Origin: Candidatus Omnitrophota bacterium
GTDB taxonomy: Bacteria; Omnitrophota; Gorgyraeia; Tantalellales; Tantalellaceae
NCBI GenBank assembly: GCA_043822245.1
Contig: JBDRBY010000081.1
Coordinates: 10,773-74,772, forward strand
DNA length: 64,000 bases
Direction of reading: 5' to 3'
Shown here: one piece after another, positions 30,534 through 39,444 of the stretch
How positions within the stretch are numbered: the first letter of the stretch is position 1
How the letters are laid out: every line of letters starts with the position of its first letter
Position numbers and translations under genes: made by a program
Notes under the pieces: model-generated
Database searches by the model: none
The model's input: only the letters and a program-made list of their open reading frames with translations
What the model was told of the DNA's origin: nothing

Positions 30534-31386
30534 AGCACTCATACTGCGAACAGCAGGCACTAACTGCGACAAAGAGACAGAGTTCGCGTTTAATTCTGTC
30601 GGCGCGGAAGCTCAGTTAGTACATGTGAAGGCGTTGATAAAAGATAAATCAATGCTTGAGGAGTATCATATCCTCGCTATCCCCGGCGGATTTACCTACG
30701 GCGACGATATCGCGAGCGGCAAAATCCTTGCCAATGAACTTAAATTTGGGCTGGGCGGCGAGCTCTCCCGTTTTATATCTCAGGGCAAGATTATTATCGG
30801 TATTTGCAACGGGTTCCAGGTGCTCGTAAAAATGGGGCTTTTGCCCAATCTAACAGCGAACGCGGCTCCCCAGATAGAAGCAACCCTCAGTTTAAACGAT
30901 TCAGGACGTTTTGATGACAGATGGGTATACCTGAGGAATGTAAAATGTAAAATTAAAAATGTAAAAATAGAAGATGCTGAGTGTAAGATTGAAAATGTAG
31001 GAATGGAAGGTGTGAAATGTATTTGGGCTAAGGGGCTTCCGGATGTTATTTATTTGCCAATCGCGCACGCGGAAGGTAAATTTATACCGAAAGATAAAAA
31101 TGTGTTGGAGTCTTTACAAAAAAATAATCAAATCGTGTTTCGTTATTCGGATAGAAGCGGTAAAGTAGGCGCGGGGTATCCGCATAATCCAAATGGCTCA
31201 GTTGATGATATAGCGGGCATTTGTGATACCACCGGAAGAGTCTTCGGCATGATGCCGCATCCTGAAAGGCACATAACATATCTTCAGCATCCGAACTGGC
31301 GCCGCGTGGGTTTAGGTGATAGAAAGAAAATGGGAATAGGATTAAAAATCTTTGAAAACGGCGTGAATTTCGTAAGAGGACATTAG
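30520..31386 (+). CDS. purQ: Phosphoribosylformylglycinamidine synthase glutaminase subunit
   Basis: 'GTNCD', 'PGGFTYGD', 'GICNGFQ', 'MMPHPER'; carries a repeat-derived in-frame insertion. Confidence 0.95.
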   Translation: MKKNKALILRTAGTNCDKETEFAFNSVGAEAQLVHVKALIKDKSMLEEYHILAIPGGFTYGDDIASGKILANELKFGLGGELSRFISQGKIIIGICNGFQVLVKMGLLPNLTANAAPQIEATLSLNDSGRFDDRWVYLRNVKCKIKNVKIEDAECKIENVGMEGVKCIWAKGLPDVIYLPIAHAEGKFIPKDKNVLESLQKNNQIVFRYSDRSGKVGAGYPHNPNGSVDDIAGICDTTGRVFGMMPHPERHITYLQHPNWRRVGLGDRKKMGIGLKIFENGVNFVRGH

Positions 31387-31589
31387 TTCGACTAATGGTT
31401 TCAGAACGATAAAGGAAAAATTGAAAAAGATGTAGAGACGCGATTTATCGCGTCTCATACCGATGTTCTGGCCGTGTGGGATGTTGGGGTAAATCTTGCA
31501 AGCAATATTTCCCCCAAACGGCTCGGACATTAATTCGACTAATGGTTTCAGAACGATACCCGTTCTGAAACCAAAGTCTCATTAAGGAG
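31378..31589 (+). repeat. ~180-bp structured dispersed repeat, copy 1 (core 31410..31589, preceded by a 34-bp internal duplication)
   Basis: High identity to 54655..54833; contains a GTAG REP and three further stems; ends in TAAGGAG. Confidence 0.85.
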
Positions 31590-31594
31590 CCAAG

Positions 31595-32245
31595 ATGAAA
31601 AATGAACGTATTGTGAACGATACACCCACGCAAGACCCATGGCGTGTATTTAGAATAATGGGTGAATTTGTGGACGGGTTTGAAGCTTTGAAAGATGTAG
31701 GCAAAGCCATAAGTGTGTTTGGAGCGTCAAGGTTGAAGAGAACGCATAAATATTACGCGTTGGCTGAACACGCGGCAGCTCTTTTTGCCAAAGATGGTTA
31801 TTCTGTTATAACAGGAGCCGGAGAAGGAATAATGGAAGCTGCCAATAAGGGCGCGAAAAAAGCGGGCGGTAAATCAGTTGGCCTTAACATCCTTATCCCG
31901 CTTGAACAAAAGATCAATAAATATGTCAACCTTCCGCTTGAATTTCGGTATTTTTTTGTTAGAAAATTAATGTTTGCCAAATATAGTAAAGCCTTTTTAG
32001 TGTTCCCGGGCGGATTTGGCACCTTGGATGAATTTTTTGAAGCAGTCGCGCTTATACAAACCAAAAGGGTCAAACCTTTTCCGGTAATCCTTGTCGGAAA
32101 AGATTATTGGGAAGGTATGCTGAAATGGATAAAAGCGGCGTGCCTAAAGAACGGAACTATCAGCAAGGCTGATATGGATATTTTTAAAGTGTTGGACAAA
32201 CCGGAAGATATGGTTAAATTTGTGAATTATTTTTATGAAAGATAG
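31595..32245 (+). CDS. LOG family protein (TIGR00730)
   Basis: 'WRVFRIMGEF', 'GIMEAANKGA', 'YFFVRK', 'PGGFGTLDE'. Confidence 0.93.
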   Translation: MKNERIVNDTPTQDPWRVFRIMGEFVDGFEALKDVGKAISVFGASRLKRTHKYYALAEHAAALFAKDGYSVITGAGEGIMEAANKGAKKAGGKSVGLNILIPLEQKINKYVNLPLEFRYFFVRKLMFAKYSKAFLVFPGGFGTLDEFFEAVALIQTKRVKPFPVILVGKDYWEGMLKWIKAACLKNGTISKADMDIFKVLDKPEDMVKFVNYFYER

Positions 32246-32258
32246 GGGGAGGGCCAGT

Positions 32259-32648
32259 ATGAACGATAATTATAACGACGAAAAAAGAGAATTTTTAAGA
32301 ATAGAGCATGACGCGCCGTTAAATTTTAAAGTACTTAGCGGTGAAAGGCTGATTACAAAATCTGATATTTCTTCGTGTAATATCAGCGCGTCAGGCCTGC
32401 TTTTTAGAACCACGGCTGAAAGTTCGATCCCTGCGCTCTCAAGCATAGTGTGGGTAGAATTGGATGATAAGATGCTGAATGTTTGTGCCGAGATTGAAAA
32501 TGATCTTGTTATTCATAAAAACGGACTTTTTGGAAGAGTGGTTAGGATAGCTGAAGGTGAGCCCGGCAAATCCTATGACATCGGTGTGTGTTTTTTGCGA
32601 AAAAAAGATATGACCGAAGAAGAAATCCACTCGCTTGTAGGAGAGTAA
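32259..32648 (+). CDS. PilZ-domain protein
   Basis: 'EKREFLR' and 'NISASG'. Confidence 0.8.
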   Translation: MNDNYNDEKREFLRIEHDAPLNFKVLSGERLITKSDISSCNISASGLLFRTTAESSIPALSSIVWVELDDKMLNVCAEIENDLVIHKNGLFGRVVRIAEGEPGKSYDIGVCFLRKKDMTEEEIHSLVGE

Positions 32649-32712
32649 CCCATTGTCATCCCGGAATTTTGCAAAGCAAAATATCCTGGATACATCAACC
32701 AAAGGTATTATC

Positions 32713-32922
32713 ATGGAAACTCTAAAAAACTTTTTTATAGGTCTTTTTGTAATTATCGCGTCTTTCATCCTTCTCGTCGTAATATCGCTTACCTGGCCGT
32801 TTATTTTCGGTATCAGCTCAATCTTGTTGACAATACTAGCCGCGATTCTTCTTGTCGTCCTAATTTTATCAATAATAGTTTTGGTCGGCCACATCACCCG
32901 CAAACTCCTGCGCCGTTCGTAA
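32713..32922 (+). CDS. Small two-TM membrane protein
   Basis: Hydrophobic 69-aa ORF; the upstream extension in the ORF track is repeat-derived. Confidence 0.6.
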   Translation: METLKNFFIGLFVIIASFILLVVISLTWPFIFGISSILLTILAAILLVVLILSIIVLVGHITRKLLRRS

Positions 32923-33112
32923 GCAGAGCGGATAGCGAATGGTGGATAGTGGACGGTGAAGTGTAAATAAGGGGGAAGGGGGATTTCTCCACTAGCCCCT
33001 CGTTGTTAAAGAGGTGAACATAAGGTATGGCTAACCTGGTTAGATTTTTATGAAATAAAAGGTAGATTTTGTTCTGTTTTGTGATACAATGTTGTCATTC
33101 AATGTTAGTTTA

Positions 33113-33153
33113 AACCTGTTTCAGCCTTTGCCGAAGGCAAAGTGGAAACAGGT
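33113..33153. repeat. Long hairpin upstream of the large secreted protein
   Basis: AACCTGTTTC-AGCCTTTGCCGAAGGCAAAGTG-GAAACAGGTT. Confidence 0.55.
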
Positions 33154-33183
33154 TCGTTATAAAATTATGCGAGTTTGTTAATC

Positions 33184-36100
33184 ATGAAAAAGACACATCG
33201 AATAATAGCAGTCATTGTTTTAATTTGTTTCGCGGCCAGTTCTTGTCCATGTCCAGCGTTTTCAAACTCTTTACACGATAACACGCTTAGTGAGACATTA
33301 GCCGTTCCGTCAATATTTGGTAACCTTGTTGGTTTTCAGCTAAAAGATATTGGCAATATCCAACTCGAGCTTCAGGCATATCTTATGCGGACTGGCGAGA
33401 CAACACTTACCATAAAAAAACTTAAAATGGGAACTGTTGTACTGAACGAAAGTACAGTATTCAATCCATCTGACATGCACTTTATTTTTAGCGGAATCCA
33501 GGATTTTCCGGGAAATAATATCTCCGTTGAATGTAGAGTTAAACGAGAAAAGGCATGGAGCGTTCAACAAGAAAATGTATATAGAGTCCCCAAACGAAAG
33601 GTTGAACAATATTACATTGTGTTTTCAAAAACAAAGGACGAAGATAATGGTTTTCCAATTGTTGAGGTATACACGAAAAAAGAATGGGATTGGATACAAA
33701 TACAACTGGCTAAGGGGCTAATAACGGTTCCGCCTAAAAGGATTTCATACAACAAAGAAGACGCGGAAGCTATTGAGAGATACCTTCAGCATGAAAAAGG
33801 TATAGATAAAGCGATTAGTTACGCGCACTACTATAACTTTGTTGGAAAACCTTTTAAGAAAGACTATTATCAAGAACTAATCCACCAAATTTATAGCAAT
33901 CTAAATTTCAGAGTAGAAACTCCGGAAGGCCTTGTGCCAATAGACCGCAGAGATTTTTTTCTGATTAAATGTACCCCTCAAATAAAAAAAATGATGAGAG
34001 ATTTTCCCAAAACTAAGGTTATTGATGAAAACGGCACAGAACATGAAATTATGTATGGAAGCCATTCCAGTAACCATGCTGTACACATCTTTGTTGAAGA
34101 AGAGGTTTTCAACGTGCTTGTAAATGGAAATGTGGGAGAAACTCCGGGTATGTTATCCCTGATCAGAGAAATGAATGGTATCTGGGTAGAATCTTTTTTA
34201 ACAGAAAAGATTGTCCATGAAATAGGTGTTATGGCGGGCTATCCTGTTTTGGAAGTAGACGCGAGCGGCAGACCGATTAATTTGATGGACAAAAGATGGC
34301 AGGAGTATTTCGAGACACACATGACCCCGTCCACAACGTTAGAAGTGAAAGCTGTTGATTTGGATATAACCATTCACAAAAGAGACTATGCGGGAGGTTT
34401 TTCTGAGGAAAAAGAGGTAGCTGTTCTTAGCGGCGAACCTTTGCTAGGGGTAGAAGCGTTACATGCGAAGCAACAAGAATTAAAAAAAGAAGGATGTCTT
34501 CCGTGGGAAAAGGGGGTCAATACAGACGAATATTGGAACGAATTACCCAGGGAGTTAGATACCGGAGTTCCGCCAGAGGTTACGGTAGATGATGTTAGAT
34601 TTGTATTTCCTGATTTTATTCAGCAGATGTGGATTGTTGTACAGGAAATAATTGAAAGTAAGGAATTTGAAGAAAAGGTAAAAGCCGCGTGGGACAACGC
34701 CGGGCATGAAGATGAAACGACGTATTATGAAAGCATTATAGGAAAGTTAAGAGCGCTGAGAGTAAATATTCTTTCAAACTCGCCTATAGAGGCATTGGGG
34801 GAAGGTGTTGATTTTGAGATAAAACAGCGATGGGATGTGGTAATGGGTAAGTACATAGGCAAAAGATGGTTTATGGCGTCAGGCGAAGAATTTGGTCTTT
34901 TTGAGAAGATAATTGAGGATAAGGTGGGAGATAATCCGAAGGAAAAAGAAGATTATGAATTATGTAAAGAAAACTTCAGAAAAACACAAGGATTAGATGA
35001 GGCCAGTGGGAACATTCCATGGCTGTTGGCCGCGGATTACAGGTATGTTAAGATATTAGAGGCTACAGGATATTGGGAAAATGGGGTTGATCCGTTTATT
35101 GAGAAAAAATCCAAAACTTGCGAAAAAGGATGCGAGCTGTTTCAGGAAAAAGTAAACATTAAATCTCTCAAAAAGTGTGAAGAAGCGCATAATTGCGGGG
35201 GTGTTACAGTAGGAATGAGATATTTGTTGGATATCTTGCTTTTAGGTAATATGCTAAGCGATTCTCTACACAAGACAACAGAAAAGAAAAATGAGGTTTA
35301 TCTAATTGATGACAGGAAAAAAGCCCTGAATTATCTGATACATCTAAAAGAATTGACAAACAAAGGAGAAAAAACAGAACTGCATATTCTTCATGACAAC
35401 GTGGGGCTTGAATTAGTTACACTTTTTTGGATTATGGACTATTGCGTAAGGCACAACATTGTCAGCAAGGTTGTATTGCATACAAAAAATTATCCTTATT
35501 GTGTATCTGATGTCGCGGGAGAAAAAGATATTTATTTGCAATTGGATCAGATGACGAAATTTGGAGGTGAACTTAATGAGCTTTCCTTGAGGGTAAAGCG
35601 TTGTATCGAAACAGATAAAAACATAGAGATACTTGAACCTCACTGGTTTTCAACATTGGGCCAGAATTTTGTTGATATGCCAAAAGAGTATTATTCAAAA
35701 CTCGGGAAAGCGGATCTCGTTATGGTTGTAGGGGATAAATGGTATAGAAAACTTTTCGCGAATCGAAATTGGCCGCACACTGAGTCTGCTGAAAAAATTT
35801 TAAGCTATTTGCCAGCGCCTACCCTTATCGTGCGTATGGGAAAATGCCCAATATTAGTTGGAATAGGAATGAAAGGCGCGAAGTTTCTCAGGGATATTGG
35901 TAAATGGTGGGAACCACCCAAATATGGATTAATAGAATTTGTTCTAGGGTACAAGAAAAAAATAGAAAACATGAAACTTTTGGCAAAAGAAATCGGCACT
36001 GAGATTGCCCAGCCGGTACTGGATAGGCCCTATACGTTGTTTACCTGTGGTGACTTTTACGCGGAGAGAAAAGAATATGAAAGTGATTTAGAAAACTATG

Positions 36101-36633
36101 GCAGTATATTTCGCCCGTGTTGGATAGAGTCAGATAAGCCGGATGCGATTATTCGAAACATAGAGGATGCGATAGAAAACAGCCTTGATCCTAACAGTGT
36201 GACAGTTCAACTCCCGAAGGTGTTTTTCGAAGAATCCGGAGCAGGATATATGAGTGAGTTGTGTGCCTTAAGGAAACAGGGTGTCAAGTTTATGGTTATA
36301 AATACGCAAGGCATGAATGGTGAGGGAAGCAAAGAAAAACGAGCTGAATATCGTTTGAGTATATACGCGATGATGCTTTTGGCCAGAAGAATAAACGCGA
36401 AAAAAACAGAGGAGAATAGAAAAATTTACGAACTACTAGAGTTTTTTATAATGAGCCGTCTTGAAGAGAGCCGTAAAATAGATAATATTCAGAATTACAT
36501 AGAGGTTTTAAAACAAGAAAACCTTAACGAAGGTGATATGTTCGTGATAATGAACACAATGCTTTTTTATAAACCGGCAGAAAGATTCGCACTGGATTAC
36601 AACACAATCGCGCCGGCGCTTATTTCAGCATAA
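33184..36633 (+). CDS. Large secreted protein with an embedded ARMT1/DUF89 (damage-control phosphatase-like) domain
   Basis: Signal peptide MKKTHRIIAVIVLICF. DUF89-like motifs 'PWLLAADY', 'DPFIEKK', 'LLGN', 'DNVGLEL', 'LHTKNYPYCVSDV', 'ADLVMVVGDKWYRKL', 'RMGK'. Confidence 0.7.
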   Translation: MKKTHRIIAVIVLICFAASSCPCPAFSNSLHDNTLSETLAVPSIFGNLVGFQLKDIGNIQLELQAYLMRTGETTLTIKKLKMGTVVLNESTVFNPSDMHFIFSGIQDFPGNNISVECRVKREKAWSVQQENVYRVPKRKVEQYYIVFSKTKDEDNGFPIVEVYTKKEWDWIQIQLAKGLITVPPKRISYNKEDAEAIERYLQHEKGIDKAISYAHYYNFVGKPFKKDYYQELIHQIYSNLNFRVETPEGLVPIDRRDFFLIKCTPQIKKMMRDFPKTKVIDENGTEHEIMYGSHSSNHAVHIFVEEEVFNVLVNGNVGETPGMLSLIREMNGIWVESFLTEKIVHEIGVMAGYPVLEVDASGRPINLMDKRWQEYFETHMTPSTTLEVKAVDLDITIHKRDYAGGFSEEKEVAVLSGEPLLGVEALHAKQQELKKEGCLPWEKGVNTDEYWNELPRELDTGVPPEVTVDDVRFVFPDFIQQMWIVVQEIIESKEFEEKVKAAWDNAGHEDETTYYESIIGKLRALRVNILSNSPIEALGEGVDFEIKQRWDVVMGKYIGKRWFMASGEEFGLFEKIIEDKVGDNPKEKEDYELCKENFRKTQGLDEASGNIPWLLAADYRYVKILEATGYWENGVDPFIEKKSKTCEKGCELFQEKVNIKSLKKCEEAHNCGGVTVGMRYLLDILLLGNMLSDSLHKTTEKKNEVYLIDDRKKALNYLIHLKELTNKGEKTELHILHDNVGLELVTLFWIMDYCVRHNIVSKVVLHTKNYPYCVSDVAGEKDIYLQLDQMTKFGGELNELSLRVKRCIETDKNIEILEPHWFSTLGQNFVDMPKEYYSKLGKADLVMVVGDKWYRKLFANRNWPHTESAEKILSYLPAPTLIVRMGKCPILVGIGMKGAKFLRDIGKWWEPPKYGLIEFVLGYKKKIENMKLLAKEIGTEIAQPVLDRPYTLFTCGDFYAERKEYESDLENYGSIFRPCWIESDKPDAIIRNIEDAIENSLDPNSVTVQLPKVFFEESGAGYMSELCALRKQGVKFMVINTQGMNGEGSKEKRAEYRLSIYAMMLLARRINAKKTEENRKIYELLEFFIMSRLEESRKIDNIQNYIEVLKQENLNEGDMFVIMNTMLFYKPAERFALDYNTIAPALISA

Positions 36634-36760
36634 CATTTTACTCTCCGGAAGCGCGTATTTTTTTGTACCGTTTGCGAATTTTTTACTTTTTATAATTGAA
36701 CTATTACAAAAAAAAAGTACACTTGCAAAGCTAAAACTGCAAACGGTACAAATTGACAAA

Positions 36761-37036
36761 ATGGACCTTAAAAAATACTCACAATACACAAAAGAAAAAG
36801 AGAACAAATTTGAAGCTGTTTGCGCAAGGTGCGGCCAGTGTTGCGGCGCGTTGGATGACCCGTGTCAAAATCTCGCGAAAGATGAAAGCGGCAGATATTT
36901 TTGCAAAGATTACAAAAACCGTCTTGGCCCGCAAAAAACCGCCTCAGGCAATTTTTTCAACTGTGTCCCTATTCGCGAACACATTTCACACTCAACTCTC
37001 AGGCCAGCCTGCGCGTACAAATTATACCAACTCTAA
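36761..37036 (+). CDS. YkgJ/CxxCxxCC family cysteine-cluster protein
   Basis: 'CARCGQCC', 'CQNL', 'CKDYKNR', 'CAY'. Confidence 0.75.
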   Translation: MDLKKYSQYTKEKENKFEAVCARCGQCCGALDDPCQNLAKDESGRYFCKDYKNRLGPQKTASGNFFNCVPIREHISHSTLRPACAYKLYQL

Positions 37037-37265
37037 AAATTAAATGCCCACAATTTTCCCCCACTTTGGAAAAGGAGGCAGGTGGATTTTTTGTAAATCC
37101 GGAATAAAATCTTCCCTATCCCCTCTTTGTCAAAGAGGGGGAAGACATATGAATGGTTGTTTTTTGGTGGTATAGTCGCGAATGTACATTTATTTTCTGT
37201 ATTTGGTATAACAGCATGAATCCCCACTCTGAAAAGGAAATAAAGTCGTCACCCCTTTGAAAAAT
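37032..37265. repeat. Repeat cluster: inverted 44-bp copy plus CCCCTTT/AAAGGGG palindromes
   Basis: 37032..37075 is the reverse complement of 17144..17187; further palindromes such as CCCTCTTTGTCAAAGAGGG follow. Confidence 0.75.
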
Positions 37266-37267
37266 GG

Positions 37268-37442
37268 ATAGTGTAACATATTATGGGTACTTTCAAGATT
37301 GTCATCCCGGAATTTCGCGGAGCGAAATATCCGGGATCTATAAGATTTAATCATTTTTAGATTACTGATCCCCGCTTCCCCCCTTCGGGGACTTCGCGCG
37401 GGGATGACACCAGGTCAAAGTGTCCATAACTCTTGACACTAT
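37268..37442. mobile_element. Nested palindromic MITE/RPE-like element
   Basis: Nested inverted repeats ATAGTGT/ACACTAT, TTATGGGTACTTT/AAAGTGTCCATAA and TGTCATCCCG/CGGGGATGACA, with two inner hairpins. Fragments recur at ~32654 and ~43615. Confidence 0.65.
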
Positions 37443-37608
37443 GTTTTATAAAAAAATCCATCATATTAAACAAAAATATGGTACTATATTAAATCCTGAT
37501 GTTGCACTAGACCATGGCGAATGACACTAATCTTTTAGCTCAAAAATCTTAGCATTCTTCATCCATGGTCTAATTCAATATCCGGGTTACAAAAAAAGGG
37601 AGGGCAAT

Positions 37609-38844
37609 GTGTCCCAACAGAATCATTTACAAATAACAAAGGAAGAGATTTTTGAATATCATCTTGGCGGAAAGATTGGCCTGGCGCTTTTAAAAAAGCT
37701 TACCAGCCAGAGAGACCTTAGCATGGCTTACACTCCGGGTGTGTCTAAGGTTTGCGAAGCGATTCAGGAAGATCCCTCGAAAGTTTATTCCCTAACTTCT
37801 AAAGGCAATCTTGTTGCCGTGGTGACTGACGGCACAGCGGTTTTAGGGCTGGGAAACATAGGAGCGAAGGCTTCTATCCCGGTTATGGAAGGTAAGGCGG
37901 TTCTTTTTAAGGTATTCGCGGGTGTTGACGCGTGGCCTGTGCCTCTAGAAGGCGTGCTTAATGAGAATGGCCGCACAGATATTGACAAATTTATTGAAAC
38001 TGTCGTAAGAATCGCGCCGATGTACGGAGGAATCAATCTTGAAGATATTGCCGCGCCTGAATGTTTTGAAATAGAAGATCAGCTGGATAAAATTTTAGAT
38101 ATCCCGGTATTTCATGATGACCAGTGGGGGACAGCCATAATTACGCTTGCCGCGTTAACGAATTATTGTGTGATCGCCGGAAAAAAGCCTAAAGATCTTT
38201 ATGTCGTAATAAACGGCGCCGGTGCCGCGGGCCTGCGTATAGCGGAAATGATCAAAGAAGAAGGTGTGCGAAATTGTGTTATGTGTGATTCAAAGGGTGT
38301 GATTCATACCGAAAGAAAAGATCTTAATAAGTATAAAAAAGTGTACGCTGTTGAAACTTCTAAGAGAACCCTGCTGGATGCCGCAAAAGGCGCGGATGTT
38401 CTTATAGGGGTGTCTAAGGCAGGATGCGTGACAGGTGAGATGGTGAGTTCCATGGTCGAGTACCCTGCAATTTTTGCCATGGCAAATCCGGTTCCTGAGA
38501 TTCAGCCTGAGGATGTCGCGAAATATATGAAAGGCCGAAAGTATGTTATGGCAACCGGCCGGTCGGATTACGCGAACCAGGTTAATAATGTTTTAGGTTT
38601 TCCTTTTATATTTCGCGGCGCGCTTGACGCCGGAGCGAAGAGTATTACCATGGATATGAAGCGCGCGGCGGCTCGGGCCCTGGCGGATTTAGCCAGAGAG
38701 GGGAACATCCCGGAAGAGGTAAAGAAAGCGTATGGCCGTGATTTTGAGTTTGGCGCGGATTATCTCATTCCAACGCCATTTGATCCAAGAATATGGGCTT
38801 GGGAAGCAAAGGCCGTGGCGAAGGCTTGGAAGGAAAAAGCATAG
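37609..38844 (+). CDS. Malic enzyme (NAD(P)-dependent, short MaeB type without a PTA domain)
   Basis: 'AYTPGV', 'DGTAVLGLG', 'VMEGK', 'NLEDI', 'FHDDQWGT', 'NGAGAAG', 'NQVNN'. Confidence 0.93.
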   Translation: MSQQNHLQITKEEIFEYHLGGKIGLALLKKLTSQRDLSMAYTPGVSKVCEAIQEDPSKVYSLTSKGNLVAVVTDGTAVLGLGNIGAKASIPVMEGKAVLFKVFAGVDAWPVPLEGVLNENGRTDIDKFIETVVRIAPMYGGINLEDIAAPECFEIEDQLDKILDIPVFHDDQWGTAIITLAALTNYCVIAGKKPKDLYVVINGAGAAGLRIAEMIKEEGVRNCVMCDSKGVIHTERKDLNKYKKVYAVETSKRTLLDAAKGADVLIGVSKAGCVTGEMVSSMVEYPAIFAMANPVPEIQPEDVAKYMKGRKYVMATGRSDYANQVNNVLGFPFIFRGALDAGAKSITMDMKRAAARALADLAREGNIPEEVKKAYGRDFEFGADYLIPTPFDPRIWAWEAKAVAKAWKEKA

Positions 38845-39152
38845 TGAAGGCGTGCCCTTATTGCGCTGAACAAATACAGGACGGAGCGGTGTATTGCAGG
38901 TATTGTCGCAGGAAGGTGCGTGGTATTTTATTCCGGCGCGTCGTTCTGGTTGTTCTTGTTTTAGCGTGTATGATTTTTATTTTATTTTATCGGGACGAGT
39001 TTAATAAGCTGTTATATAACACAAAAATCTTTCTTGGCGAGCTTAACGATATGTGGAAGCTCACCAAGAGTTTATTAGAAAATTTTAAGAATGGTATAAA
39101 CGGTATCAATTCCCTCCATACCCGCGTGGAAATGATCAACAATATTAAATAG
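38844..39152 (+). CDS. Zinc-ribbon membrane protein
   Basis: GTG start overlapping the upstream stop; 'CPYCAEQI...CRYC' followed by a TM helix. Confidence 0.7.
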   Translation: MKACPYCAEQIQDGAVYCRYCRRKVRGILFRRVVLVVLVLACMIFILFYRDEFNKLLYNTKIFLGELNDMWKLTKSLLENFKNGINGINSLHTRVEMINNIK

Positions 39153-39181
39153 AAAAGAATGACAACTATCCAGTAAATTGG

Positions 39182-39207
39182 AACAGAGCGGTTTAGAACG
39201 CTCTGTT
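39182..39207. terminator. Hairpin, putative terminator
   Basis: AACAGAGCG/CGCTCTGTT 9-bp stem after the operon end. Confidence 0.45.
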
Positions 39208-39379
39208 ATAATTTCTCGTAGCGTAGTAAAAGAATGTGGCCATCCGCCTCTGGGTTGCCCAAATACTTATTCTGTACAGCTAAACAGATTTGTTTCTACC
39301 ACATAGTGTACCCTCTCTTATTTCTATTACCATATAGAGTGTATCCATAAAACATGTCAAAACAGCTAAAAATAGTGGT

Positions 39380-39444
39380 TTGACAAGCAGGGTATTTTTA
39401 GGTATACTCCTATTGTAGGTGGAGCAAAGTGGAGGTAAGTGGAA
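39380..39444 (+). promoter_or_regulatory. dcw promoter with MraZ-binding repeats
   Basis: TTGACA-17 nt-TATACT, then GTGGAG-N4-GTGGAG-N4-GTGGAA at 39419, 39429 and 39439. Confidence 0.8.

Noticed and set aside
31378-31558. 34-bp direct repeats as a CRISPR array
   Set aside because: Only two copies, 113 bp apart, and the intervening DNA is itself a dispersed repeat.
36753-37043. 96-aa ORF overlapping the CxxCxxCC gene
   Set aside because: Alternative frame with no motif; the 36761 frame carries the conserved cysteine pattern.
39296-39345. NrdR-box-like motifs, or an rnpB RNA upstream of mraZ
   Set aside because: Only partial matches, no ribonucleotide reductase gene nearby, and no GAGGAAAGUCC RNase P signature.
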